A stretch of DNA of 64,000 bases from the human T2T-CHM13v2.0 reference genome, Homo sapiens. Under the pieces are notes generated by a model. The model searched no databases. It had not been told where the DNA came from and saw nothing but the letters and a program-made list of their open reading frames with translations. Shown here in pieces: positions 53,527 to 64,000 of the stretch (its first letter is position 1; every line of letters starts with the position of its first letter). Location: assembly GCF_009914755.1 (NCBI RefSeq), contig NC_060942.1; one strand, written 5' to 3'. The position numbers and the translations under genes were made by a program.

Positions 53527-55009
53527 ATGTAGTGTATACACGTGTTCAAGGCATAGGCTCAGGTATTCAGAAAAATGTCATTTTTCCTTCTCTATATTTC
53601 AACCTAAGCTTCCTTTGAAGCCACCATTCTATGTGATAGCTGAAAACAGTCATTTTTAGGCCTTTTCAGTTATGTCAGGTAAAGTCAGGAAATTCAGTGC
53701 TTCCCCCTTCCCAGTTCACATCTTAATAGTTTCTTCTAGGGCCTGGGGTCTGGAGGGAGGGGCGAGGCTGAGGGGCAGCCTTCCCTCTGTGATGGCAAAC
53801 CCTGGGCCGCATCTCTCCTGTTCACACCTCATCACAGGGCCCATGGGCTCTGCAGCACCTCCTCAATGTGGCCACAGCATGTCCCCATCCCGTCCCCGAG
53901 CTCTCTGTTGGTCCTCCTCCGAAAGTTTCCCAGCAGAGCCTGGGAACTTTGAGCTGTCCTTGCTGCCCAAGGCCACAGACACTCAGCTGACTGTAACTGG
54001 CCTTTCCAACCTGGATTCTCCCTGACGCCATCTGCTCACTGCTACCTCCACCTCGGCTGGTGCAGGTAAAGATGTCTGGGACCCTGGTTGCCTTCCCAGA
54101 AGCAAACACAGAGCCCCTCTGTCCTGAAATCATGGGGCCTCTCTGGCTATTCTTTCAGGGCTCTCCCTTCAAGACACCCCACGGGCTAATCTCAGGAGGG
54201 AGGGCAAGACACCATGGGGCTGCAGTGGACGCGTCAGGGGGCTTTTTGCTTTTGTGTGTCACCCAGAGTCCAAGCCTCCTTCCTATGTGACAACGCTGGC
54301 CATTTGGGGAGCTGGTGGAAAGCAGGCCCCCCACCTACCTTGGAATCCTGAGAGATTAGACGCCTGGGAGTCGCCAGCTGGTGGGCCATGACCCTCAGGA
54401 CCTTCCATCTGCAGCCAGAGTCACAAAATGTCAGTTCCTCCTGCAGCACCTTTCAGTGACATCCCCCGTCCACCTCCGGTAGCGGGGATACCAGGGGCAA
54501 GTTCCTGCAGCCTTGGCGGCCTCGTTCTAACCAGGTGACTCTGGGAGGGGACCTTGGCGGGGCTCTCACTACCAGAGTCTCTTGACTGCTCTCCATCTTC
54601 CAAATCTGTGTTTCCAGCCTTCCTAATATCCCTCTAATACATGCATTTTCTCTTTAGGTTAGCCAGACTTCGTGTTTGTTATTTGTGGTCGGGCCCTGAT
54701 CATGGCAAGCCCCTGTGTCCCACCTTCTCCCTTCCTCTCAGGCGGGGGGCTCTTCAGCAACTCGTGCCGGGGGGTCTCTGCAGCCATCTGGGAGGGGCTG
54801 TGGGAGAGCCACGCAGCTCTGACAAAACAGATGTGCTTCCCAAGTGTTCCCGTCTTACCCCTCCGTGAGGGTTATTTGTTTTGCTTTTCATTTAAAGCCG
54901 AGAATTTTATGTATTTCTTTTTGTCTGATTCAACTTTCATTTACTAAGATGGACCTGCTAAAAGACCTAAATATTAGTAAATCATATAAAGCATGGATGA
55001 GATAACAGG

Positions 55010-55060
55010 GTGTGGGTGTGTGTATGGGGGTGTGCAAGTGTGTGCGTGAGTGTGTGTGTG
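55010..55060. repeat. Imperfect (TG)n
   Basis: Directly visible. Confidence 0.8.
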
Positions 55061-55104
55061 AATTTAGGAGTACATCAATTAATACTTTTCAAAATAAGCT
55101 TTCC

Positions 55105-55295
55105 ATATATCATTTAATCCTCACCAAAAGCCCCAAAAGAAAACATTATTACCCTAATAATACAGAAGGTAAACTGAGGCTCCAAGATACTAAATAACAT
55201 GCCACAGATCACAAAGGTGGTAGACACTGTATCCAGGGCCCAGGCTCTGACAGTCAGATTCCAGAGCCTGTGGATTTTCTGCCACAGCACATTCC
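55105..55295 (-). mobile_element. MIR
   Basis: CATTTAATCCTCAC...TACAGAAGGTAAACTGAGGCTC. Confidence 0.75.
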
Positions 55296-55540
55296 ACTGG
55301 CTCGCCAGACGCGGACCTTTTCCCTCCAGAAACACCGTCCAGGGAGTGTGTTGGCATCTCTACTGTCTCTTCCCGTCACCATCTGCATCACCAGCCTATA
55401 GATCTCACATTCATCCAAGCACTCACTACTGACACCACAGGAATGGCCAATCCTTGACATCCAGGGAGCAGCTTGGACCACACGGGTGAAGCAGTGGGGT
55501 CAGGCTCCACAGGGATCCGATGGTCTTCTGTGCTTAGTAC

Positions 55541-55722
55541 CTACAGCCAATTCTATAGACGTAGCTTGCAAGGCCCATGCATCAGTTTCCAGGATCACGC
55601 GCCCATTTTGTAGCTGGAATAATGTCCTAGCTCCCGTCAGCAATTGACGGCTCACACAGAGAGGTATGACTAAACCCGGCAGCCATTCATTGTTTAGTCT
55701 ACCCATTTGGCAACATTTTCTC
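55541..55722 (-). other. Candidate lncRNA exon (acceptor supported, donor uncertain)
   Basis: Minus-strand acceptor TCTTTTTGCTCTTGCAG|G at 55723/55722; possible donor AG|GTACTA at 55541; lies within ORF 55500-55841. Confidence 0.3.
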
Positions 55723-56854
55723 CTGCAAGAGCAAAAAGACCATCTTAGGTGTGTGTTCAAGTCACTGACACTGAGAAAAATCGTCCCTGTGAAAGCTCTG
55801 GGGCGCCCTGAGATTCCATCCATCTGGAGCAAAAGCACCACATTTGCAGATGCCTGTGGTTTGCCTAATTACATTTTCACAAACCCTTGGAAAGCAATGA
55901 GTGCTTCAGCTGCACCACGCGTGTGGCTTAATGAGGTTTCGGAACCCTATATTATGAAATTGTCACAGGTTATTTGTCAGAAGGCAGCTGCCTTGGAATA
56001 TAGCAGACTTAAAATTTGGGGTCCCCCACATTTTCATAACAATTCTTTGTTAATTACAAAAATACTACATAATTCCAATTACATGCAACAAGTATTTTCA
56101 GAGCATTCATTTCAAACACACCTGAGTTTTCAGATTTTTTGTGGAAATCCGAGCATTTGTTGTTCCTCTGAGCATCCTTGAGGGATTGAAAAGTGACAAA
56201 AAGAAATAACGGTTTCCTAATAAACGAGAGACCTTGAAATGAATTAATCTATATTGATTTCTTTTCCTTGTAGCTGTATTAACTGCTCTATACTCTAATG
56301 CTTACCCTTCTCACAAATTGTTTTTATCCTACTCTTTGCATTGATTATTTTTGAAGTGTATTTAATGTAGGCACTATCATCACTTGGTTATTATGGGATT
56401 GATAATGTCATGAGTGGATTATTCTTGCCCTTTCCTGGTAGGTTATTTCCCCTCCCTTATTTCTCTTTCTGGCTCCTTGCTTTATAATCCTGCTGTTGCT
56501 AATTATGAATTCTCTACACCAACTGGAGCATAACCACAGCCCCTGCAGTCCCCACTTAGGCCTAATAACACCCCTCTTGCCGAGTGGGCCTCCAGTCACC
56601 TGGAGCCACCAGGTCTCATTTAGAGCCTGGGCTCAGCCTCTCCAGGTGTCAGGAACTCTCACCCGTAGCAAGTGAGGCCCAGAAAGCAACTTCTATCATG
56701 CTGTGTCCAAAGGCCAAATGGCCCGGGGGTTAGCGAATGCTCATTATTTAGAGAGCTTCTCGGTCTTTGGGGGAGAGGTATGTGATTTTCCAAATTCCTT
56801 CTTTGTCCTGCCCTAGGGAGAACACAGCCTGCACGCTAGAAAACAATGAAATTA

Positions 56855-57330
56855 ATTTATTATTCATGTGCACTGTACAGAATTTGGAAAATGCAGAAAA
56901 ATAAACACATACACAAAATATTTGTAACGACATGAACCAGAGATAACCCCAGGCTTTAACCTCTGTATATATGTCTATGTATATTTAATGAAAAAGGATT
57001 ATATCATTATACTGTTTTGTTGGCTGATTTTTAAAGTTAACAACATATTATTAATATTTTCATATGCCATGGAACATTATGCCAGATGACTGCTAAATAG
57101 TACACTGTATAACTATATATCATTATATGTAATACTTAACCAATCTAACGTGGCCTCTTTAGTATGATTTTTTTTTACTGCAAATTATGTGTAATATAAA
57201 AAGGTTTCCAAGGATACTTGTGCATATTTAGTTATTTCCTTATTTATCATATAAATATTTTATAGATCATATTTATACGATAATTTTCTAGAATTGGAAT
57301 TGCTGCATCAGAAAGTAAGTTTTAAAGTGA
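56855..57330 (-). mobile_element. L1ME-type 3' relic
   Basis: TACAGAATTTGGAAAATGCAGAAAA...CCAGAGATAACC...TTTCTAGAATTGGAATTGCTG. Confidence 0.6.
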
Positions 57331-57610
57331 GGGCTCTCTTCTTGACCTGGTTCTACCAGTTCTGCTCCTGGTGGCTAGGTTCTCCTAGTGCTATTTTCTG
57401 CTACTCACACCACGTTGAGCAGAGTTGTATGGAGGTGCCTTTAGAAACGCAGGTTCTGGGCCGCTCACCCCCATTTCTGGAGCTGCAGCCAAAAGGTCTG
57501 CATAGCTGATCTCCACGGCAATGCTTAGGAGCAGGGAAGTTCATGAACCACCCAAGCTTTCATGGTCCATAACCCTGTTGAGTTAAATATGTACCTGGGG
57601 TTTGTTTTAG

Positions 57611-58131
57611 TGTCAGGTATGGTAAGACGGCAGACGCAGAAATGACGGCTGTGAGGAAGTTTGCACTCACAGATCCCCACAGGCACGGGGCATTTTAAGC
57701 CCCACCATGCCAGAAAGACCAGGGATGGTCAGGAAACAAGGGGATGTGGGCACCGTGTGGCTGGGACCTTTACTGGGATTTACGAGGGAAGGAATAAGCC
57801 AGGCAGGGTAAGTAAGCTGAGTAGACTTAGTATTGGATACTTTAAATTATTCGAGCGGCCCAGTGCTATAAAGGTGGTCTCTAGTTGGCAGGTCCCTGGC
57901 CCTGGGGTGACATAGGGCAGGGGGTGTATTGGTTTGGTGAGTGAGAGTTTGATGAAAGGGTTGGTTGAGGGTGTGAGCTCTAGACTGGTTGGTTTATCAA
58001 AAGCATGCTCACAGGGGAATTGTTTGCTATTTCTAGGAATTAGGTAGCCCTGGAAGGGACAGTCTCTCCAGCATCAAAGCCCCAAATGCCAGAGTATCAA
58101 GAATACAGAAAATAAGAAAATAGAGTTTAAC
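57611..58131 (-). mobile_element. ERVL solo LTR (MER74/MER54-like)
   Basis: TTGCTATTTCTAGGAATTAG...GCCCCAAATGCCAGAGTATCAAGAATACAGAAAATAAGAAAATA. Confidence 0.7.
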
Positions 58132-61098
58132 CCTCTATCTACACTGAGCCTCTGCTCAGAACTCCCAAGGCCACTGCACCATTTCCTCTTTTGATGACAG
58201 CTTCCTTTGGAAATAGGTATTCCCTAGAATTGAATTAGAATTTTGCCAGCCTCTCCTGCCTGATTACAGCTCCTCACTCCCAGAACTCCTAGCAGCTGGC
58301 ACTAGACTCAGCTGCCTGTAACTCGCCCCTGAAGCCTCCTGACACCCAGAATGAGTTCCTATCAGAGTCAGCCTACAGCTTACAGAAGAATAGCTATGAC
58401 TGCTGAATTTGCTTCTGTGTTGGTTCACCTAACACTAGGCACAAAAAAGCTAAAACACCCAAGATCAAAACAGGTTTCCTTACTTGCAGCACCCTCTATG
58501 TACAGGTCACCTGGGGGAGAGGCTGAAATTCTTGGCAAGATCCTATTTATGAATTAGCTGTGGATCTCAAATGCCCCTGCATCCATATAACTTCATTAGT
58601 ATGGAATCAAAAATTGCTTCTAATTATGGAATGAATGTTTTTTAAACGAGAGAAGAAAATGAGTTTTTATCACAATCCTTGTTTTTTCTCTTTTGTAGGG
58701 AAAATCTAAAATTGGATCAAAAAGAAACAGAACTGTGAGCTTCCGACAGTTCTTCTTGTGATTGGATTACTAAATATTATTATTTCTATTCATAGTTTAC
58801 ATTGCTGCTGATAGAGCTGTTATTACCGGAAAACAAAAACACAACAAAAACCCTTTGAAATCTTCTTCGGCAAATTCTCTCAATAGGTAGGCGTCTTCCT
58901 ATCTACTCTCAATTCTTTTCTGAGAGGTCGGCTAATTTTACCTTTTAAAATCATTGATATTTAAATCCACTGTTTTTTTTTTTTTTAATGTTTATCTACT
59001 TGCCAAGAATTGTCCCATCTTTTCTTGAGCACATCAGTAAAAATGTTCTTCTCTATTGTTGAGGCAGCAACTGTTCTCTGTAGTTGGAAATTACCCCACT
59101 GGGGAGATAGGGGCACCCTCCCCTTCATGGGCAGCCCCGGCGTTTTATCTTTCTGTTTGTGAGCTGTGTTTGTTCCCGCATCACCCGACTCCCCTCCCAT
59201 CTGTGTGCTGGAGCTCAAAGTTCCCTGTGTAATCAGCCTTCCCAAGTGACCCCGTGCCCTTCCCAAGCACGGCAGCCCCCGACCTGGGGGAGACGTCAGT
59301 ACCATGGCTCCAGGGAGCGTGCGTGCTGCTCATCAACCCTCTCGGAGCTGGCAACTCAACCACTTGCCCCTTTGTGAACAGGCAACAGGTGACCAGGCCC
59401 CAGCAGCCCGTGGGGCCTTGATAGAGCTCTTCTCACTGTTCACTGATGTCTCACTGCGTGCCAGGCTGTCCTGGAGTTTCGTTGATGTATACCACATAGG
59501 CACCGTTTGTCTTTCCAAGGCCCTAGAAATCTGCTTGTTCTGTTCCAGCCCTGCGGGCCAGGCGCTGGGCTGGAGCCATCTCTGTGGCTCCCTTCCCACC
59601 ACTGCATGTAAATCAGGGCATCCAAGGAGCAACAGAGACCGTTTTAAGCAGTCTCTGGAAGCTGGGTTTTGATGTAGTAATGTCCTCGTCAGAGATCAGC
59701 TTCTCTTGTCCTTTTGTACACAGGTGAAAAATTCTAAGAACAGTAGCCCCAAGAAAGCTTTTCTTTCTCCCTGCCCCTGCCAATATTCTCCCTGGATCGC
59801 TGGTGTTTCTTCTGAGCCCGACGCCGCACACTGGGGCCGCCCCTGCCGGCTTGCTCTGTTCCTTTGATGGCCACATGAATGTAGATTCCTGTCTATTTCA
59901 GCTGAGCTCTCTCTACAGACTTTTCTAAAATGTTAAATGCTGAACTCTAGCCAGCATGATGCCGTTTCATTTTGCTTCAGCCCAGACCCAAAATACTAAA
60001 GCTCCTACAAAGACATTCAGACTGTGTTTCAGAAAGGAGAAAAATAAATACAAGTTTTAGAACACTTTGCAGAAGTGAAAGTTAGATCTTTGCAAAGTCA
60101 GTATTGACCTGTGTTTAGAATGGGTTGAAAGATAATACAAACTGGATTCAACTACTGAAAATGTTACAAAAAGTCTCAGACATGCCATTATTCAGAGTTT
60201 CTAAAACGGCACGGATAGGGCTTTTATTAGGATTTCTCCCCACTTACAAAACGTGTATGGTCATGCCAGAAGGAAAAACGTGAGAGCAGGATCACATCTT
60301 CTATCCGATGCGACCGTCTCTTTCTTTACAATTATCTTCATATTTGGCTCTGTGAACACCGACAGCAATCATGTCAGCTGCTTGTTCTGCAGTGAAAAAT
60401 GTTCTGCATGGGTTTCAGTTGTAAACAGGTCATCCATCTCCCACGTGGTCAGAAGGGGGTGTTCTCCCAAATTTGTACAAGGCTTGTTTCTCTGTTTCCT
60501 CTGAAAGAATTTACATGCTCAGAGAAATCTCTCTGGCTCATCTGCTGCATGTATGGAAATGCGTGCGCATGGAAACAGAACATATATTATCCAAGCAGAT
60601 TGTGCTAAAACTAAGTGATATTCGGGGACCTGTGCTCAGGCAGGAAGGGAGTAGAACGCCCTTCATGGGGTTGAGGGTTTGTTGTAACATTTTGTTTCCT
60701 ATTCTATGGTTTGGGAAAAAGAATGGGCAAAAACGGATTACAGGAGGAAGCCTGCTTTTCTGGAGCTCACTTGTTTGTTGCCTTGCAATGCAGAATAACT
60801 TTCGTTTGTTTGGGGAAGTGGGAACCAAAGGCTGGAAACCTGGCTTTTGCAGGCCCCTTTTGAAACGTGGAAGGGCTCTTCAACTTCTGAAGGTTTAGGA
60901 GGGGGCATTCTTGTCTTTACCACCCAACCAGGCTGGGCTGTAGGTGTTTTTTGATCTGACATCCTTATTTCTTTATATTTTGTTTGGACTCTGGGCTCAG
61001 TAGTGCTCTGCTGAGGACATTCGTATCCATGTATCCAGGAAGTAGAGCAGTTGCATTTTGAACAAAGGGCTTGAATACAAAACAAAACACCTATTTTT

Positions 61099-61431
61099 GG
61101 ACAGGTCAGGTGGCTCACACCTGTAATCTCAGCACTTTGAGAGACAGAGGCAGGAGGATCCCCTCACCCCAAGAGTTTGAGACTAGCCTGGGCAAAAAAT
61201 TTTAAAACATTAGCCAGTTGTGATGGCGCATGCCTTGTAGTACCAGCTACTTGGGAGGCTGAGGTGGGAGGATTGGTTTAGGAGGATTGGGAGGTTGAGG
61301 CTGCAGTCCCAGCGACTTGGGAGGCTGAGGTGGGAGGATTGGTTTAGGAGGATTGGGAGGTTGAGGCTGCAGTGAGCTGCGATTGCACCACTGCACTCCA
61401 GCCAGGGTGACAGAACGAGACTCTGTTTCAA
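61099..61431 (+). mobile_element. AluJ with an internal deletion and a 66-bp tandem duplication
   Basis: Unit 61243-61308 repeated at 61309-61374. Confidence 0.92.
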
Positions 61432-62599
61432 ACACCCCAAAACCACGTATTTTCTAAAACTATGGCTGTGATAACCTATCTTATTATAGCATATTCCATT
61501 TTTTCTTTTTTCTATATATTATACCAATAAGAAATGTGTTGAATAATGATGTTCTTTTTTATGATTTGTTTAAAAATTTTCAAATTCAACAAATCATTAA
61601 TATTTAAATAATACACTAAAATTGATGAGATATACTTCATCAGATGCTTCACATGTGACTACATAAATTTTGTTTTCTCTAGGCATTGAGTGAAGTGCAT
61701 CATTGCTACTTGGGGAATCACAGTGATTAGTGATTCACATTCTGTGGGAATACCCTTGAGTAGAGGTCCCTCTCTGGCCAGGACATATACAGTGTGCCCC
61801 GTTAGGGCCATGGCTCACACGCTGAGCTTGGAAATGACCACTCGCTGGGGAGAATGGCAGCTTTGCCTGGCTGAGTACTGAGACCCCGTCAGGAAGCCGA
61901 AGGCAGCCGAAGGAAGGCAGGGGCTCACGTGTGACTGATGCACAATTTTTAAAGAAGGGTTAAAGAGTTTCAAAATGTTCAGTAACAGATAGGATAGACT
62001 ATTTCTTTTACAAACTTCCTCATATCCCCCCATCTCCTTTTCATGTTTCCTGATTCGGTCTAAATTTGGAATGGTATAAAGACAAAAGAGGGAAAGCAAG
62101 TATGTCTAATACTTGGATTGTATTTTGACAGATACCTGGGCTGTCTGTCTGGCTGCTACTTGGCTTCACTTCACAATATCCTCTGAAGAGTGACTCACCA
62201 AGACCATCATTTTAAAAGATAAAATAGAATGTCTTCTTACATCGGAAGAAGGAAATGTTTGTCTCTCAAAGTTGCTTTCTATACGGGCAAAGTAGCTACA
62301 TCTAGTGTTTGAAGTATCAGACAGGATTAGGAAATGAATAACTTTTTATCCATACAAGAGAGAATGTGATTGTGAACAGCTTCACAATGCTTGATTTTCA
62401 GCAGTTTAAATGGAATCTAAATTGCATGCAATAAATCAGTGACATCTTTGATTCATTATAGATAATCAAGAGGAACCTCTTCTGTTTATTGGTGCCAACA
62501 GATTCAGATCAAACACCATAATCTATCAAAAGAAGGGAATGGCTGCTAGTTGAGGAGGAGACAGCTTTAGGTAATGGGTCATTGCCACCATATGCCGGG

Positions 62600-62990
62600 T
62601 GCTACTGGGTGCCAGGAACTTCGTTACTTGTTTCACAAGACCCTCATGTGATGGATAATACAGTCCTCCAAAACGCAGACACGAAGCAGAACAACTAGGT
62701 TTGAGGCATGTGACATGGGAAGTAATTTACCTTCTCTGTGCTTCGGTTCCCCATCTATAAAACGAAGATGATAGTAATACATCCATGCTAGGCTTTAATA
62801 GGACCTATCTCATTTAGAATAGGACCTGGCACATAGCTCTCACAATAAGTTACCTGTCGCCACTGCAGAAAAACAAACTGAGGTTCAGAGAGATTAAGTA
62901 ACTTGCCAAGAACTACTGAGGCAGCAGGTAGCAGAGTTCAGATCCGAAGCCCAGCGTCATGAACTGTGTGACCCATGCTTGCTCCCTAAG
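62600..62990. mobile_element. Nested MIR fragments
   Basis: CTCTGTGCTTCGGTTCCCCATCTATAAAA; AAACTGAGGTTCAGAGAGATTAAGTAACTTGCC. Confidence 0.75.
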
Positions 62991-63524
62991 GGCTCTGGTG
63001 CCTTTCCCATTCTCCCTTGTGAAAGCATGCAATGGGAACCCATGGACACAGAGTCCAGGGATTTTACTTTGGGGGTTTGGGGGAGTTTATTGGTTGGGGG
63101 TTGCCTTTTTTTTTTCCAAAAGATGTTCTAAATTATTATGAGTGGCATTGGACTGTCTTTTCTGCATAGAAATCTTGGTTTGGTTTGGTTTGGTTTGTTT
63201 TGACCAACGCCGGGCATTGACTAAAGAGTGAGCCATCACCTTGTCCAGGTCTTGGTGTTTGATGAGAGCAGATGGTGCCCTGTATTGGAAAGGCTGTGGA
63301 GAAAGTCATTCAGGTTGGCATTCTCTGGGGGTGGGACTGGAACCTGGGAACAGCCCCACCTTTTCCACTAGTCTACCAAAACCTGCCCTTTACTCTTCCT
63401 GCCCTTGACTGTAAGCACCACTGGTTCTGACCATAGAGAAGCAAGGTCTCCAAGGCAACCATTACAATGCCCATGACATTAACAGAGGTGTTTCCATTCC
63501 TTCCCTTTGCAGGTCAGTCCCATT

Positions 63525-63700
63525 GATTTATTTATTCATCAAATATTTACTGGGCACTTCAGTGGCCAGCCAGATGCTACATTCTGTGAAGAAAGATACA
63601 AGAAAGGTGCAAAGAAAATATCAATTCAGTTCAACACACTCATACTGAACACCTGCTCTGCTCAGAGCAATAAGCAGAAGACAGGGGCATCAGAGTGAGT
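63525..63700 (-). mobile_element. L2 3'-end fragment
   Basis: TTTATTCATCAAATATTTACTGGGCAC. Confidence 0.55.
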
Positions 63701-64000
63701 GAGCTCTGGAGGAACTCACATTAATGTGCCAGAGGAGCTATATCTGGAAGCAGGGCTAAGTCCTGTAAGAAATATTTTTCCAAAATGTTGCATGACTTTA
63801 TAAGAGGGAGAGATCATTTCTTATTGGAGAGATAATAGGGAGCAGGAACTGGAAATATAGTAGGTTCCTGGAGGAAGTAAAATGTGAGCTGGACCCCATG
63901 GACCCAACCAGCTAACTGTGACATTGTGGGTATTTGAGAGCCAACATAGGCCCCAGGCAACAGTGCAGGACAAACACTGGCCAAAAACCAGCAGTGCATG

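Noticed and set aside
61247-61435. Proline-rich repeat peptide (QPQPPNPPKPILPPQPPK x2)
   Set aside because: Antisense translation of the duplicated Alu segment.

Overview
Primate, almost certainly human/hominoid, non-coding genomic DNA. No intact cellular protein-coding gene, rRNA, tRNA or CRISPR array is recognisable. Nearly all ORF-track entries are read-throughs of Alu or L1 sequence. Positions 1-25.3 kb are almost entirely retroelements: a young L1PA3-like ORF2/3'UTR with two frameshifts, a long ancient minus-strand L1M carrying nested L1MA, L1PA and Alu insertions, L2 relics and an older L1PA. From 25 to 64 kb the sequence becomes progressively more unique, with MIR, L2, MER and LTR relics, enhancer-like motif clusters and possible lncRNA splice sites. 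The most notable structures are: (i) an AluY(d)-L1PA fusion bracketed by one 16-17 bp TSD, i.e. a template-switch chimeric retrotranscript; (ii) an old local duplication of apparently non-repeat DNA at 26-28.7 kb that keeps AP-1 and forkhead motifs; (iii) several rearranged Alus (subfamily mosaic, trimer, internal 66-bp duplication). I found no evidence for a new biological system. Subfamily names were assigned by eye from remembered consensus features, and boundaries of old elements are approximate.
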